A DNA stretch of 64,000 nt from an uncultured Planctomycetaceae bacterium (lineage in GTDB: Bacteria > Planctomycetota > Planctomycetia > Planctomycetales > Planctomycetaceae), in NCBI GenBank assembly GCA_963813715.1, contig CAWFAK010000009.1, forward strand, positions 695,613-759,612. Reading direction: 5' to 3'. The position numbers and the translations under genes were made by a program. Each line of letters opens with the position of its first letter. Positions within the stretch are counted from its first letter, which is position 1. Positions 23,538 through 35,957 of this stretch are shown here, one piece after another. Below the pieces are notes generated by a model. The model did no database searches, had not been told where the DNA came from, and saw only the letters and a program-made list of their open reading frames with translations.

Positions 23538-24679
23538 GATCGGCCCCCCAGCAACCACACCAACAGCCCCTTCGCCAGGTGCATGCGGTTTTCCGCCTGT
23601 TGAAAGACGATGCTTTGCGGCCCGTCCAGCACCTCGTCGGTGACTTCCAGGCCGCGTTTGGCCGGCAAGTCGTGCATGAAACGGGCCGACTTGGGAGCGG
23701 CCGCCATCAGCGCGGCATTTACCTGGAACGGTGCGAAAACCTTTTCCCGCGCCGCGGCCTCCGCTTCCTGCCCCATGCTGGCCCAAACGTCGGTGTAGAC
23801 GATGTCGGCCTGCTTGACCGCACGGAAAGGATCGTCGACAAGCTCGACGTCGGCCGTCGGAAAGTCGCCGCCGCACCTCCCGCAGAAAAGCCGTCGACAG
23901 CTCGTAGCCGCGCGGCGAGCAAAACGTGATGGGCATCTTGGCGTAGGCGGCCGCCATCGCCAGCGAGGCGGCCACGTTGTTGCCGTCGCCGACATACACA
24001 ATCCGCACACCGGCCAGCCGTCCGCAGGCTTCCTGGATCGTGAACAAATCGGTGAGGGCCTGGCACGGATGCAGCTCGTCCGACAGCCCGTTGACGACCG
24101 GGCAACTGGCGAGCCGGGCAAACTCTTCGATCAGCGACTGCCGAAACGTCCGCATCACGATGGCGTCGGAATACGCGCTGAACACGCGTGCGACGTCGGT
24201 CAATGATTCGCGACCGTTGAGTCCGGCGTCCTGCGTGCTAAGAAACACGCTGCCCCCGCCGAGCTGGATCGCCGCCGCCTCGAAACTGTTGCGGGTCCGC
24301 AGCGAAGGCTTTTCAAAAACGAGCGTCAGAACGCGCCCTTGCAACAGAGGCGGACGATCGCCGCGGGCGTGCCGCCCCTTCAAATCGGCCGCGATCGCCA
24401 GGATGGCTTTGACGTCGTTGGGTGCCAGATCGAAGACCGAGGTCAGGTGCCGCGGCCGACCCGACTCGCGCGCGTTCGCCGCCGCACTCTTCCCTTTGGA
24501 TTTGCGGCCCGCCGCACTCGTCGGCGTGTGCGCCGCTTGAACAGTGGACTTTCGCAGGCGCGGGCTTTGGCCGTTCGTTCCGGCGCGTGGCTGGTGGAGG
24601 CCTTCGCCTGTCGCAGGCGGATGGCCGCGGCCGACTTGCCAGATTCCGATTTTCCCGGGCGGGGACGATCAGCTTTCAT
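23528..24679 (-). CDS. argF: Ornithine carbamoyltransferase with probable low-complexity N-terminal extension; apparent frameshifts; both ends approximate
   Basis: [61 protein letters not shown]. Confidence 0.9.
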
Positions 24680-25873
24680 CGGCGATCTCCCGCAGAACTT
24701 CGGCGATCGCCTCGCATCCCTGGTCGACCTGCTCCTCGGTGATATTCATCGCCGGCAACAACCGCACCACCGTGTCATGCGTGACGTTCAGCAGCACGCC
24801 GCGCTGCATGGCCTTTTGCACGGCCGCGCCGGCTGGAACATTCAGCTCGATGCCGATCATCATGCCGCGGATCCGCAGCTCGCGAATCAATGGCAGCTCG
24901 CTCTGCAGGGCTTCGAAACGCGTGCGGAACCGCTCCGACATGCGGCGGCAATTGTCGAGCAGCCCTTCCTCTTCGATCATCCGCACGGCCGCACAGCCGG
25001 CCGCCATCGCCAGCGGGTTGCCGCCGAACGTGCTGGCATGCGTGCCCGGTCGCAGGCTCTTGGCAATTTCCGGGCGGGCGATCATCGCTCCGCAAGCGAC
25101 GCCCGCCGGCAAGTCCCTTGGCGAGCGTCATGATGTCGGGCTGCACCGGTGTCTGCTGATAGGCGAACCAGCTCCCCGTGCGGCCCATGCCGGTCTGCAC
25201 TTCGTCGAAGATCAGCGAACAGCGGTGCTCGTCCGCCAATTGCCGCAGCCCGACGAGGAATTCGTCCTCCGCAATATGAATGCCCCCCTCGCCCTGAACC
25301 GGCTCGAGCAGGAAGCCGCACGTCTCGTCGTCGATGAGATCCTTCACCGCGTCGAGGTCGTTGAGCGGAGCGTAGCGGAAGCCGGCGACCAGTGGGCCGA
25401 GCCCTTCGTGATACTTGGGCTGTGCCGTCGCAGTGAGCGCGCCGAGCGTCCGGCCGTGAAAGCTGATTTTCGAACGTGATGATCTTGTAGCGTCCCTCGC
25501 CGTGCAGCCGCGCCAGCTTGATCGCCGCCTCGACCGCCTCCGCTCCGCTGTTACAGAAGAAGGCCTGGCCGAAGCCTCGCGTGCACAACAGCTCGGCGAA
25601 CTCGCCCTGGGCCTCCGTGTACCAAGTGTTGGGCACGTGAATCAGCTCGGCGACTTGGGACTGAATAGCCCGCACAATGGCCGGCGGCGAGTACCCCAGA
25701 ATGTTGCAGCCCCAGCCGGGAAACAAATCGAGATAGCGATTCCCTTCGGCATCCCAAACGTACGAGCCCTCGCCCCGCACCAGGCAGATGGGGAACCGCT
25801 TGTAGTTCGGAATCACGAACTGATTGAACTGTTCGATCGTCTGGGCACTTGTCGCTGTGGTGGCACGACTCAC
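24669..25873 (-). CDS. argD: Acetylornithine aminotransferase; two apparent frameshifts
   Basis: [64 protein letters not shown]. Confidence 0.92.
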
Positions 25874-25904
25874 GGCTGCATTCCTTGACGAGGATCAAAT
25901 CCGC

Positions 25905-25972
25905 GGAGGGCGAGGCTCCCGCCGAGCCGTTCTGGCTCGCGAAAACCGGCTCAGCAGGAGCTTCGCGGCTCC
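25905..25972. repeat. REP-like inverted pair (GGAGGGCGAGGCTCCCGCCGAGCCG ... CGGCTCAGCAGGAGCTTCGCGGCTCC)
   Basis: Imperfect inverted repeat between argB and argD. Confidence 0.7.
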
Positions 25973-25989
25973 CCTCACTGTTGTCGTTA

Positions 25990-26865
25990 CTAGGGAACGA
26001 TCTCCGTCCCCACGCCCGAATCGGAATAAAACTCCAACAGCACCGCATGAGGCATGGCGGCATCTACAATGTGGACTTTTCGCACGCCGCTCCGCAAGGC
26101 CTCGAGCGCCGCCTCGACCTTCGGCACCATGCCCGCGTCGATCACCCCTTCGACAATCAAACCGCGGCAAAGGCTCGCGGGCAGATGCGAAATCAAGGTC
26201 GACGGGTCGCGGCGATCGCGAAAGATGCCCGGCACGTCGCTCAAAAAGACCAGCTTTTCCGCCCCCAACAACCGGGCCACGGCCGCGGCGGCCGTGTCGG
26301 CGTTCACGTTGAGTTTTTGCCCGGCCGAGTCGAGCGCGATCGACGGGATGACGGGAATCGCCCCGGCCGCCAGGGCCTCTTCAATCGGGCCCCGGTCGAG
26401 GTCGATCACTTCGCCAACCCGCCCCAGATCGACCGGCTGCCCGCCATCCCCGTTGAGCAACAGCTTCTTGCCGATCAGGCAGTTTTTCCCCAGGTAGCTC
26501 AGGCCGACGGCGTCGGCCTGCTGTTGCTTGATCTCCGCGACCAGCGAGCCGCAAATCTCGCCCGCCAGAGTCTGGGCCACGATCTCGAGGGTCCGCTCGT
26601 CGGTGAATCGCCGGCCGTTGACGAACTTGGGCTCGATGCCGGCCGCGTTCATCGCCTGGGTGATCGACTTCCCGCCGCCATGCACCAGGACGGGTTTCAT
26701 GCCGACCGAGGCCAGGAAAATCACGTCGGTGAGCACGCTGCGGACGGCAGCCGTCTCCTCGAGGGCGCTGCCTCCGAGCTTGATGACGACGTAGCGGTCC
26801 CGAAACTGGCGAATCCAGCCCAGCGCTTCGACCAAAACGTCGGCTTTGCGAATCGCCTCGTTCAA
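25990..26865 (-). CDS. argB: Acetylglutamate kinase
   Basis: [41 protein letters not shown]. Confidence 0.95.
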   Translation of the reverse strand: MNEAIRKADVLVEALGWIRQFRDRYVVIKLGGSALEETAAVRSVLTDVIFLASVGMKPVLVHGGGKSITQAMNAAGIEPKFVNGRRFTDERTLEIVAQTLAGEICGSLVAEIKQQQADAVGLSYLGKNCLIGKKLLLNGDGGQPVDLGRVGEVIDLDRGPIEEALAAGAIPVIPSIALDSAGQKLNVNADTAAAAVARLLGAEKLVFLSDVPGIFRDRRDPSTLISHLPASLCRGLIVEGVIDAGMVPKVEAALEALRSGVRKVHIVDAAMPHAVLLEFYSDSGVGTEIVP

Positions 26866-27191
26866 CCCCGACTCCGACCCGCCAGACTTCGGGCGATCTG
26901 CCCGGCCTGTGCGATCTGGTGGAACTCTGCACCGCGGCTGACTTTCCGCGACTGACCAGAAAACGATCCAGACGGGGCGTCTGTCCGCGTCTGCCCAAAG
27001 AGGGAAACCCCTGATTTTAAAAGGACTTGCGGGGAAGTCAACGAGCCGCAAGTGAACCGACACGTGGGCCCCCGAGCCGGGGTTAAATGCCTTGGGGGGA
27101 GCACGTCGGCGCCGTCGGGCGGCGCTGCGCTTCGTCCGTTCGCCCGGTAAGATGCGGGTCCCCCGCTCACCCGAGGATTTGGAGACTCCGC

Positions 27192-28743
27192 TTGAAGATC
27201 GCTTCGATCGTTCCGTCGCTCGTGCTGTTCGGGTCGCTCGTCGGCGTCGCCTCGGCCCAGCAAACGAAGAGCGGGCCGGCTGTCCCGAAAACGGGCGCCG
27301 GGCCGAACGCAGCCTCCGCCTCGAAGTCAGGCGCCGCCCCCGCCTCCCGCCCCAACATTCTGGTGATCGTCGCGGACGATCTCGGCTATGGCGAGCTGGG
27401 CTGCCAGGGTCACAAAGACATTCCGACGCCGCACATCGATTCGCTCGCTCAGAACGGCGTGCGATTCACCTCGGGCTACGTCTCCTGCCCCGTCTGCAGC
27501 CCGACCCGCGCCGGCTTGATGACCGGGCGTTATCAGCAACGCTTCGGCCACGAGTTCAACCCAGGGGCCGGTCGACGAGGCGGCCAACAACTTCGGCCTC
27601 GTCCGCGACGAAAAAACCCTCGCCGAACGGTTGAAGGCGGCCGGCTACGCAACCGGGATGGTCGGCAAATGGCACCTGGGCACCAAGGAAGGACTGCGGC
27701 CACCCGAACGCGGCTTCGACGAGTTCTTTGGCTTCCTCGGCGGTGCGCATCCCTACCTCGGCGAGCGCCGGCGGCGCAACATCGAAGTCATGCGCGGCAC
27801 CCAGCGCGTCACGGAGTCCGCCTACCTGACCGACGCCTTCGGCCGCGAAGCCGTGGCTTTCATCGACCATCACAAGGCCGAGCCGTTCTTCTTATATCTG
27901 GCGTTCAACGCGGTGCACGCCCCCCTGCAAGCGACGGCCGACTATCGGAAACGCTTCCCGCAGGTCAAAGACGAAAAGCGGCAGACCTTTTCGGCCATGC
28001 TCTCGGCCATGGACGACGCGATCGGCCACGTGCTGGACACGCTTCATAAGTCGCAACTCGAGGAGAAGACGCTGATCTTTTTCATCAGCGACAACGGCGG
28101 TCCGACTCCGCAGACCACCTCGCGCAACGACCCCCTCCGCGGCACGAAGACCACCACCTGGGAAGGCGGCATTCGCATCCCGTACATCATCCAGTGGAAA
28201 GGGCACGTGCCAGCCGGCAAGGTCGACGATCGTCCCGTGATCGCCCTCGACATTCATCCGACGGCGCTCGCGGCCGCCGGCGTCACCGCCCAGCCGGAAA
28301 AACCGCTCGACGGCGTCAACTTGTTGCCGTTTCTCGACGGCGCCGCGACCAGCGTGCCTCACGAAATTCTCTTCTGGCGATTCGGCAACCAGATGGCCGC
28401 CCGTAAAGGCGATTGGAAGTTGACCCTGGCCGCTCCGCGTCCCCCCGCCGGTTCGCCGGCCGCCGCACTGGAAGACGACCCGCGCCCGCGAGCCGGACGC
28501 CGACGCCGGCCCGCTCGCAACGCGACGGCCCAGCTCTACAACCTGGCCCAGGACATCGGCGAGAGCAAAGACCTGTCGGCCGAGAATCCCGACAAGGTCA
28601 AAGAGCTGAAAGACGTCTGGGACAAGTGGAACGCCGAGCTGATGGCCCCGCGATGGGGACGAGCCAACCCAAGTCCGCCCGCGCAGCCCGGCGCCGCAAT
28701 CGAACTGAAGCGGTGCCGGCGAGTTCACCAACCCGAAGCGTGA
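27192..28743 (+). CDS. Sulfatase (arylsulfatase A-like); frameshift near 27570
   Basis: [63 protein letters not shown]. Confidence 0.92.
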
Positions 28744-28750
28744 GCGAGGG
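28727..28750. repeat. REP family A, single uninterrupted copy ACCAACCCGAAGC-GTGA-GCGAGGG
   Basis: Same family at 34087-34369, 42157-42249 and 59343-60392. Confidence 0.8.
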
Positions 28751-28907
28751 CTCCGATCTTCTCTTCTCGACGCGCGACCCTGCCTTCGAGCCGACCGCCG
28801 ATTGACCCGCTGCGCTGACGCTCGAACCGTCGCGCCGTACACTGGTCGAGTCGCCGCTGCGCCCGTCTTGTTGATGTGCGGCCGCCTTCCCTTGGAAAGA
28901 GAGCCCC

Positions 28908-30412
28908 ATGACGTCCCGCCGCACGTTCGCTGTCGTCGCCTGTCTAGCCGCCCTCTCGTGCTGTCTCTCAGTCGAAGGGCGGGCGGCCGAGCCGGGTGCT
29001 GTGTCCAGCGCCGAGGTTCAGAAGCGAATCGCCACCGTTGAACGCAGTCTGATTCCGGTGATCCGCATCAAGGGCCGCGCGCCCAATCAGCTTGCCGAGC
29101 GGATGCAGCGGCTGCACGTTCCCGGCGTAAGCGTGGCGGTCATCAATCATGGCGAAATCGAATGGGCCAAAGGCTACGGCCTGGCTGACATCCACACCAA
29201 GACGCCCGTCACGCCCGAGACCCTGTTTCAAGCCGGCTCGGTCAGCAAGCCGGTGGCCGCGCTGGCGGCCCTCAAGCTCGTCGAAGAAGGAAAGTTGAAT
29301 CTCGACCGCGACGTCAACTCGCAACTCAAGTCGTGGAAAGTCCCCGAAAACAAATTCACCAAACAGCACGCCGTCGATCTCCGCGGGATTTTGAGTCACA
29401 CGGCCGGCTTCACCATTCACGGCTTTCCCGGCTACGTCGTCGGCAAGCCGATTCCGACGCTGATCCAAGTGCTCGACGGCGAGCGACCGCCCGCCAACAC
29501 GCGTCCCGTGCGGGTCGACAAAGTCCCGGGCAAGGGCTTTCGCTATTCCGGCGGCGGCGTGACCGTGATGCAACAACTGGTGATCGACGTCACCGGCCGA
29601 CCGTTTCCGCAGGTCGTCCACGACCTGGTACTCGCGCCGTTGGCGATGACGTCGAGCACGTACGAACAGCCCCTCCCCGAAGCTTGGACGTCGCGGGCGT
29701 CGAGCGGCCACACGCGGCAAGGAAAAACGTTCACCGGCCGCTGGCACGTCTATCCCGAACTGGCGGCCGCCGGCCTGTGGACCACGCCGTCCGACGTCGC
29801 TCGCTACGTCCATCGAGGTGCAACAGGAGCACGCCGGCAAATCGCACAAGGTCCTCTCGCACAAATTGGTCGAAGAGATGCTGACGCCGCAGGGAGGCGG
29901 ACCGGTCGGGCTGGGACCGTTCCTCAGCGGGACCGGCGCCGCGCGACGCTTCGAGCACGGCGGCGTGAACGCCGGCTTCAATTGCAAGTTCGTCGGCTAC
30001 GTCGACGGCGGCCAGGGAGCCATCGTGATGACGAACTCCGACAGCGGCGGAGCGCTGTGCGAAGAAATCCTGAGCGCCGTCGCCTTGACCTACGGTTGGC
30101 CCAACTATCTGCCGCCCGAGCGCGAGATCATCAAGCTCGACGACAAAACGCTCGCGACGCTGGTCGGCAACTACAGCCTGGGGTTCTTCGGCGAAGTGAA
30201 GGTCGAACGCCGCGGCAACGCCCTCTTCGCTGTTTCGCCGCAGGGCGAGTCGGAACTGTACTTCGAGTCGCCCACGAATTTTTGCACCGACGATCCGGAG
30301 GTCAGCGGCCGCTTTGGCTTGGATGGCCAGGGGCGACGTGGCCGAGGTGATCATCAAGTTTGGCGGCGAGGAAATTCACGCCAAGAAGAAGCCCCCCGAG
30401 GCGAGCAAGTGA
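28908..30412 (+). CDS. Serine hydrolase, beta-lactamase class C-like; two apparent frameshifts
   Basis: VPGVSVAVI, FQAGSVSK (SxxK), LSHTAG, YSGGG, AAAGLWTT, FEHGG. Confidence 0.88.
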
Positions 30413-30421
30413 GCGGGAAGC

Positions 30422-31664
30422 GTGGCCAGCATGCCTGATCGAGCCGCCGGCCCAGCCGCTAACCAATCTGCTGGCCCACCGGCCAGCGCGGCCCTGCGAT
30501 TCGATTTCTTCGCCAACGCGCGGCTGCTGTTCGGCTGGGGGCGACGGACCGAAGCCGGCAGCCTCGCGCGGTCGCTGGGTGAGCGCGCGTTTCTGGTGAC
30601 GGGCTCGCGGGCCCTCGAGCGGCAGGGCGTGATCGAGGAGATCGCGTCGTCGCTCCGGCAGGCAGAGCTTGAAGTCGTCTCTTTGGCCGGAGTCTCACGC
30701 GAGCCTGAGGTGGCGGACGTCGACCGCGCCGTGGACAACATTCTCGGTCACGGTCCGCGAGCGGGCGATATCGATCGTGGCCGTTGGCGGAGGCTCGGCG
30801 ATTGATCTGGCCAAGGCGGTCGCGGCGCTCGCGACCAACCGGCAGGGCACGAGCGTTGCGGACTTCCTGGAGGGCGTCGGCAAAGGACTGAAGATCGAGA
30901 CGCCGCCGTTGCCCGTGCTCGCCCTGCCGACGACGGCGGGGACCGGCAGCGAAGCGACGAAGAATGCCGTCATCTCCTCGACCAACCCGCCCTACAAAAA
31001 GAGCCTCCGCAGCGAGTTGATGATCCCGCGGGCCGTGTTGATCGATCCGGAACTGACCGTCGGCTTGCCGCCACACGTCACCGCGCACACGGGCATGGAC
31101 GCGATCACGCAGCTCATCGAAAGCTATATCTCGCGTCGCGCTCAGCCGATCCCGCAGGCGCTGGCGCTCGACGGCCTGGCACGGGCCCTCCCCGCCATTG
31201 AACGGGCCGTCACGAACGGCAGCGACCGGCCCGCACGGGAAGCCATGGCCTACGCGGCCTATTTATCGGGGGTCGCCCTGGCGAATTCGGGCTTGGGGTT
31301 CGCACATGGTGTCGCGGCCGCGCTCGGCATTCATTGCGGCATGCCGCACGGCCTGGCCTGCGCGATGATGCTGCCGACGGCCCTCCGGATCAATCGCGAC
31401 GTCCGCACTGTTGAGCTGGCACGGCTGTGGACTCTCGTCGATCCGGCCTCGCGGCTATCCAACGGCGACGCGGCCGACCGCTTCATCGAGCACATCGCAG
31501 GCATCGCCCGGCGGATCGGCATTCCGTCGCGACTGTCGGCCGTTGGCGTCGACCGCGCGGCCATCCCGGCGCTCGTCAAGAGTTCGCGAGGCAACAGTAT
31601 GGACGGCAACCCGCGTGACGTCAGCGACGAAGAGTTGACACAGCTGTTGGAAGTGCTGCTCTAG
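30422..31664 (+). CDS. Iron-containing alcohol dehydrogenase; frameshift near 30770
   Basis: GGGSAIDLAK, PTTAGTGSEAT, DPELT, GMDAITQLIE, GFAHG, PHGLACA. Confidence 0.9.
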
Positions 31665-31675
31665 CGACGGGCGAA

Positions 31676-32765
31676 TCAGCTCGCGGAGGCCGGGGCTGCT
31701 GGCGCCGCGGCGTCCCGCTCGGCCGCCAGGCGCAATTGCCCGCAGGCCGCGTCGATATCCGCGCCTTTGCGTTTGCGCACGGTCGCCGCAATTCCGGCCG
31801 ACGTGAGCGTTTCGACGAACGCCGCGACGTGCGCGTGGGTCGGGGCCGCGAACTCGAGTTCGTTCACGCCGTTCATCGGAATCAAGTTGACGTGGGCGCC
31901 GCGGCCCTCCAACAGCCGCGCGAGTTGACGAGCCTGCTCCAGGCTGTCGTTGACGCCGCCGAGCAACACGTACTCGAACGTGACCCGGCGTCCCGTTTCC
32001 TGGAAGTAATCGTCGGCCGCGTCGAGGATGGCCTGCATACCCGTTTTTTCATTGATCGGCACGAGTCGATTGCGCAGTTCGTCGTCCGGGGCGTGCAGCG
32101 AGACGGCCAGGTTGAACGGCTTGCCACAGCGGGCCAGCTCGCGAATCTTTTCCGGCAGGCCGACGGTCGAGATCGTGATGCGGCGAGCCCCCAGGCCCAG
32201 TCCGCCTTTCTCGTTGAGCGTCTCCATCGCCGGCAGCAGCGCCTTGAGGTTGGCCAGCGGCTCGCCGATGCCCATCACGACCACGTTGGTGATGCGTTCG
32301 TGCGGCGTCAGCAGCCGATCAAGCCGCAGCACTTGCTCGATGATTTCGCCGGTCGACAGATTGCGTTTCACGCCCAAGCAGGCCGCTCGCGCAGAACACG
32401 CAGCCCATCGCGCAGCCGACCTGCGTGCTCAGGCATACGGTGACGCGGTCGGGCTCGCGCATCAGCACGGCTTCGATGTGGTTGCCGTCGGCCAGCCGCA
32501 GCACCAGCTTTTCGGTGCGATCGCTGGCGACCTGGTGCCGGGCAATCTCCGAGCTGAACAGGCGGAACTGACCGACCAGCGCGGCGCGGAGCGACTTCGG
32601 CAAATCGTGCATGCTCTCGAAGTCGCTGACCCGCTTGCCGAAAATCCAACGCCGAATCTGCTCCGCCCGAAACGGCTGCTCGCCCTGCCGCTGACACCAA
32701 GCGGCCAATTCCGCGCGCGACAGGTCGGTGATCAGCGGCAGGTCAGTCACGGGGGCGTTCGACAC
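31676..32765 (-). CDS. rlmN: 23S rRNA (adenine-C2)-methyltransferase RlmN (radical SAM); frameshift near 32378
   Basis: CLSTQVGCAMGCVFC, NVVVMGIGEP, ITISTVG, AVSLHAP, FEYVLL, DIDAACGQL. Confidence 0.95.
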
Positions 32766-33043
32766 GAGAAAGTCACATTCAAGAGGAGGAAGTCAGAAAG
32801 CGAAAGAGGGCGACAATCTTATTCTAATGACCGTGCGCGATCTTACGATCGACGGGCAAGGCGGCATGCCATGCCAGCTTGCCCTACGGAATCGCGCCTG
32901 CGCACTTGTGGGCTCGATCGCCGAGCGCTTTCTCCGCCGGGATAAGTTTCCGCGGAATCTCGCGAATTTCGCGTCCGGACTGAAAAATCCCGCGACGGTC
33001 GGCGTCTCTATCTTGAGAAGACGACACCGCCAGACGCCGCCGC

Positions 33044-33553
33044 ATGAGCTTCCTGACGCCGGAACTATTGGGCCAGCTGATCGATGAGCATGCGGCTGCG
33101 CTGGAGTTATTTGCATCGCAGTGGTCGCGGGCGGCGGCAGACGCTGTGCAGGAAACATTCGTCGAGCTGGCTCGTCAGCCACGGCGACCGGACAACCTGA
33201 TCGCCTGGCTCTACCGGGTCGTGCGGCACCGGGCCTACGACGATCGCCGGGCCGAGTCGCGGCGACGGCGGCGCGAAAGCGTCGCGGCCGCGGAAAATGA
33301 GCCCTGGTTTCGGCCGACGAGTGCTGGGCAAATCGTCCCGCAGGACGCGACCGACGCCCTGCGGGAATTACCCGATGACCTCCGCGAGGTCGTAGTCGCC
33401 CGCATCTGGTGTGGACTGACATTCGAACAAATCGGCGAAATCACGCAAACGTCCGCCGCAACCGTCTTTCGCCGACATCGGGAAGCACTTTCCCTCTTAA
33501 GAAGTCGATTGGGAATCTCATGTCTGGACCCAGAGAAAACCTCGAACGCGTGA
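33044..33553 (+). CDS. ECF RNA polymerase sigma factor
   Basis: DAVQETFVEL, AWLYRVVR, LRELPDDLREVVVARIWCGLTFEQIG. Confidence 0.88.
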   Translation: MSFLTPELLGQLIDEHAAALELFASQWSRAAADAVQETFVELARQPRRPDNLIAWLYRVVRHRAYDDRRAESRRRRRESVAAAENEPWFRPTSAGQIVPQDATDALRELPDDLREVVVARIWCGLTFEQIGEITQTSAATVFRRHREALSLLRSRLGISCLDPEKTSNA

Positions 33554-34068
33554 GCGAGCTGTCGGACGAGGAACGGCAGATCGAACGCTTGCTCGCCGAA
33601 CTGACTCCGCGCGACAGCCGGATCAGCCGCGACCGGACAATGTTCTGTGCCGGTCAGGCGGCGGGCGTGTCGCCAGCGACCGAAACGAGGAAGACGCGCT
33701 GGGTCTGGCCGGCCGTGACGGCGTGCTCGACCGCCGCCGGGTTGCTGGCAGGAATTCTGATCGCCGGACCGATCCGGCCCGCAGCCTCGATCGCTCAGCG
33801 GACTTCGGAGACTTCCCCCGCTGGTCCGCCGTCGACAGTCGCGCATGCGAATGAACCGGAAACTATCGTCGCCGATGCCCCGGCGCCCATGGAGCTGCGG
33901 ATCGCGTTGGCCCGCCGAGCGGGGAACGAACTCGCCTGGGCCCAGTCCGACTTGTCGACGAGCCGCGGTCGTCCGACGGCGGCCGGCGCCCCGGCGGCGG
34001 GTTCCTTCGCGCCGCTGACCTACGGAGCCGCGCTGGGCCGACTGAGTGCGGAGGAGAAGGACTTGTAG
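33520..34068 (+). CDS. Putative membrane-anchored anti-sigma factor
   Basis: Overlaps sigma 3' end; IERLLAELTP...RDRTMFCAG followed by one TM helix. Confidence 0.6.
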   Translation: MSGPRENLERVSELSDEERQIERLLAELTPRDSRISRDRTMFCAGQAAGVSPATETRKTRWVWPAVTACSTAAGLLAGILIAGPIRPAASIAQRTSETSPAGPPSTVAHANEPETIVADAPAPMELRIALARRAGNELAWAQSDLSTSRGRPTAAGAPAAGSFAPLTYGAALGRLSAEEKDL

Positions 34069-34096
34069 GACAAATGCAGAAATGCCCCTCGCTGAC

Positions 34097-34199
34097 CAAC
34101 CAATTGCATGTGACGACGTAAGTCCTTACCGACATAGCTTTCGAAGCTGTATCGCAAAACCCTTCTGCGCAACACTAGTATCGCTAATGCAATTTGTTG
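34097..34199. mobile_element. MITE copy 1 (103 bp) inserted in a REP family A loop
   Basis: TIRs CAACCAATTGCAT / ATGCAATTTGTTG; flanks TGAC (34093-96) and TCAC (34200-03); removal restores the REP CCTCGC-T(G/C)AC-GCTTCGGGTTGGT. Confidence 0.8.
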
Positions 34200-34254
34200 T
34201 CACGCTTCGGGTTGGTGAAGCAGCGCGAATGCGTTTTACCAACCCGAAGCGTCA

Positions 34255-34358
34255 CAACCAATTGCATGTGACGACGTAAGTCCTTACCGACATAGCTTTC
34301 GAAGGTGTACGCAAAACCCTTCTGGCGCAACACTTAGTATCGCTAATGCAATTTGTTG
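34255..34358. mobile_element. MITE copy 2 (104 bp) inserted in the partner REP arm
   Basis: Near-identical to copy 1; perfect 4-bp duplication GTCA (34251-54, 34359-62); removal restores ACCAACCCGAAGC-GTCA-GCGAGGG. Confidence 0.85.
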
Positions 34359-34440
34359 GTCAGCGAGGGCTCTTTGGGCATCGAGTCATCATCATCAACC
34401 AACCATCATCAACTCAGCGATTGCTCTTGGGAGACAGACG

Positions 34441-35920
34441 ATGCGAACGATGTTCGGGCCGGTGATTGTGCTCGGCTTCCTCGCGAACGCGTGCTGGGCG
34501 GGGGGTCCGGAAAAGTCGCAGCCCGCGAACCTTCCGCCCGCCCCGGCCGATGAGCCGCCGGCGGTGCGGCTGGTGGTCTCGCCGGCCGCGGAGCCGGTGC
34601 CGGCGCTCAAGTACCGCCTGTTGCCCACCCTGGCGGAGCAAACGCCGGGAAATGCCGCCCTCGACTACAGCCACGCCGTAAATCGCGACATGCCCCGGTT
34701 TGATCAGAATAAAGTCAACCGGTGGGGTTCCTGGCTCGATCTGCCGCCCGATCGATTGCCGGTCAAAGAGTTGGAGGCCGAACTCGCTTCGTACGCGCGG
34801 GCGATTAAGGGACCTCGAGCGGGCGTCGCGTCGCGAAGTGTGCGATTGGCAATTGCCGATCAGTCGCGACGGCTTCAGTACGAATTTGGACGACTTTCAG
34901 AACCTGCGCATCCCCGTCAGAATGCTGGCCCTGAAGGCCCGCCTGCAGATTGCCCGCGGCGATCTCGACGGCGCACTGTCGACGATCGCGACGACCTTCA
35001 AGGTCAGCCACGATTGCAACCAGGGTCGACTGTTCATCACCTCACTGATTGCCTGCGCCATCGCCGGGATCAACAGCGATTCCGTGCAAGCCTTCGTGCA
35101 ACAACCGCAGGCGCCGAACCTGTATTGGGCGCTCACCGACCTCCCTTCGCCCCTCGTCGAGTGCCGGGAGGCTGTCAACGTCGAAGCCATGGCCGTTGAC
35201 TACGAATTCCCGCAACTGGCCGTGTTCCGTTCGCGGCGGCTCGGCGCCGAAGAAGCGCGACATCAATCGGATGAACTCCTCACCCGCTGGTTTCGCGACA
35301 CAAAGTCCTTCGAAGGGGGCGCCAAGACGCTGGAGGAGGCCCGCGCCAAATTTGCCTCCGCTGCCCGGGCCGCCAACGACAAGCAGGCTTTGCTCGACTC
35401 CGGCTGGTCCAAAGCCGACGTGGCGGCCATGGCCCCCGAACAAATCGCCTGGCTGATCTCGGACCGTCACTGGAGGATCTGTCGCGACGAGTTAGTGAAA
35501 TGGGCGGGCGTGCCCGCGCCGCAAGCCCTCGCGGGGACTCAACGTTCGCAAGAGCGATTTAAGGAGTTTCTCTCGGCCGAAACCAATCCGCTCGCCGATT
35601 TCGAGCTCGTGAAGTTCATGCCCACGAGTGCGCTTCTGGGCGCGGTGGCTCGTCGCGACCGCGTGATCGCCTGCTTGCGCGTGATCGAAGCGCTCCGCAT
35701 GCACGCCGCAACCCACGAAGGCAAGTTGCCGTCATCGCTCGAGGCAATCGAGGCCGTGCCGATTCCAGTCGACGCCTACTCGGGCAAGCCGTTCGTCTAC
35801 CGCCTCAACGCCGACGGCACCGCGGACCTCCAGACACCGGCTGTCCATCCGAACAACCGCGCCTATGGCCGGCACTATGTCATTCAAATGCGCGTGATTC
35901 AAGTCCGCGCGACGAACTGA
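34441..35920 (+). CDS. Secreted hypothetical protein following the ECF/anti-sigma pair; frameshift near 34810
   Basis: Signal peptide; PVPALKYRLLP, GNAALDY, APNLYWALTDLP, LRVIEALRMHAA, PVDAYSGKPFVY. Confidence 0.7.
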
Positions 35921-35957
35921 TCTCGCCGACGAAATGACGCCCCCGTTCGGCGACACG

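Noticed and set aside
22788..24383. ArgF-RNase PH fusion suggested by the 531-aa ORF
   Set aside because: The ArgF C-terminal half lies in another frame; the join is produced by a frameshift and rph has its own ATG at 23537
28908..30412. Antibiotic-resistance beta-lactamase
   Set aside because: SxxK/YxG serine hydrolases of this family are mostly esterases or peptidases; nothing here indicates beta-lactam hydrolysis
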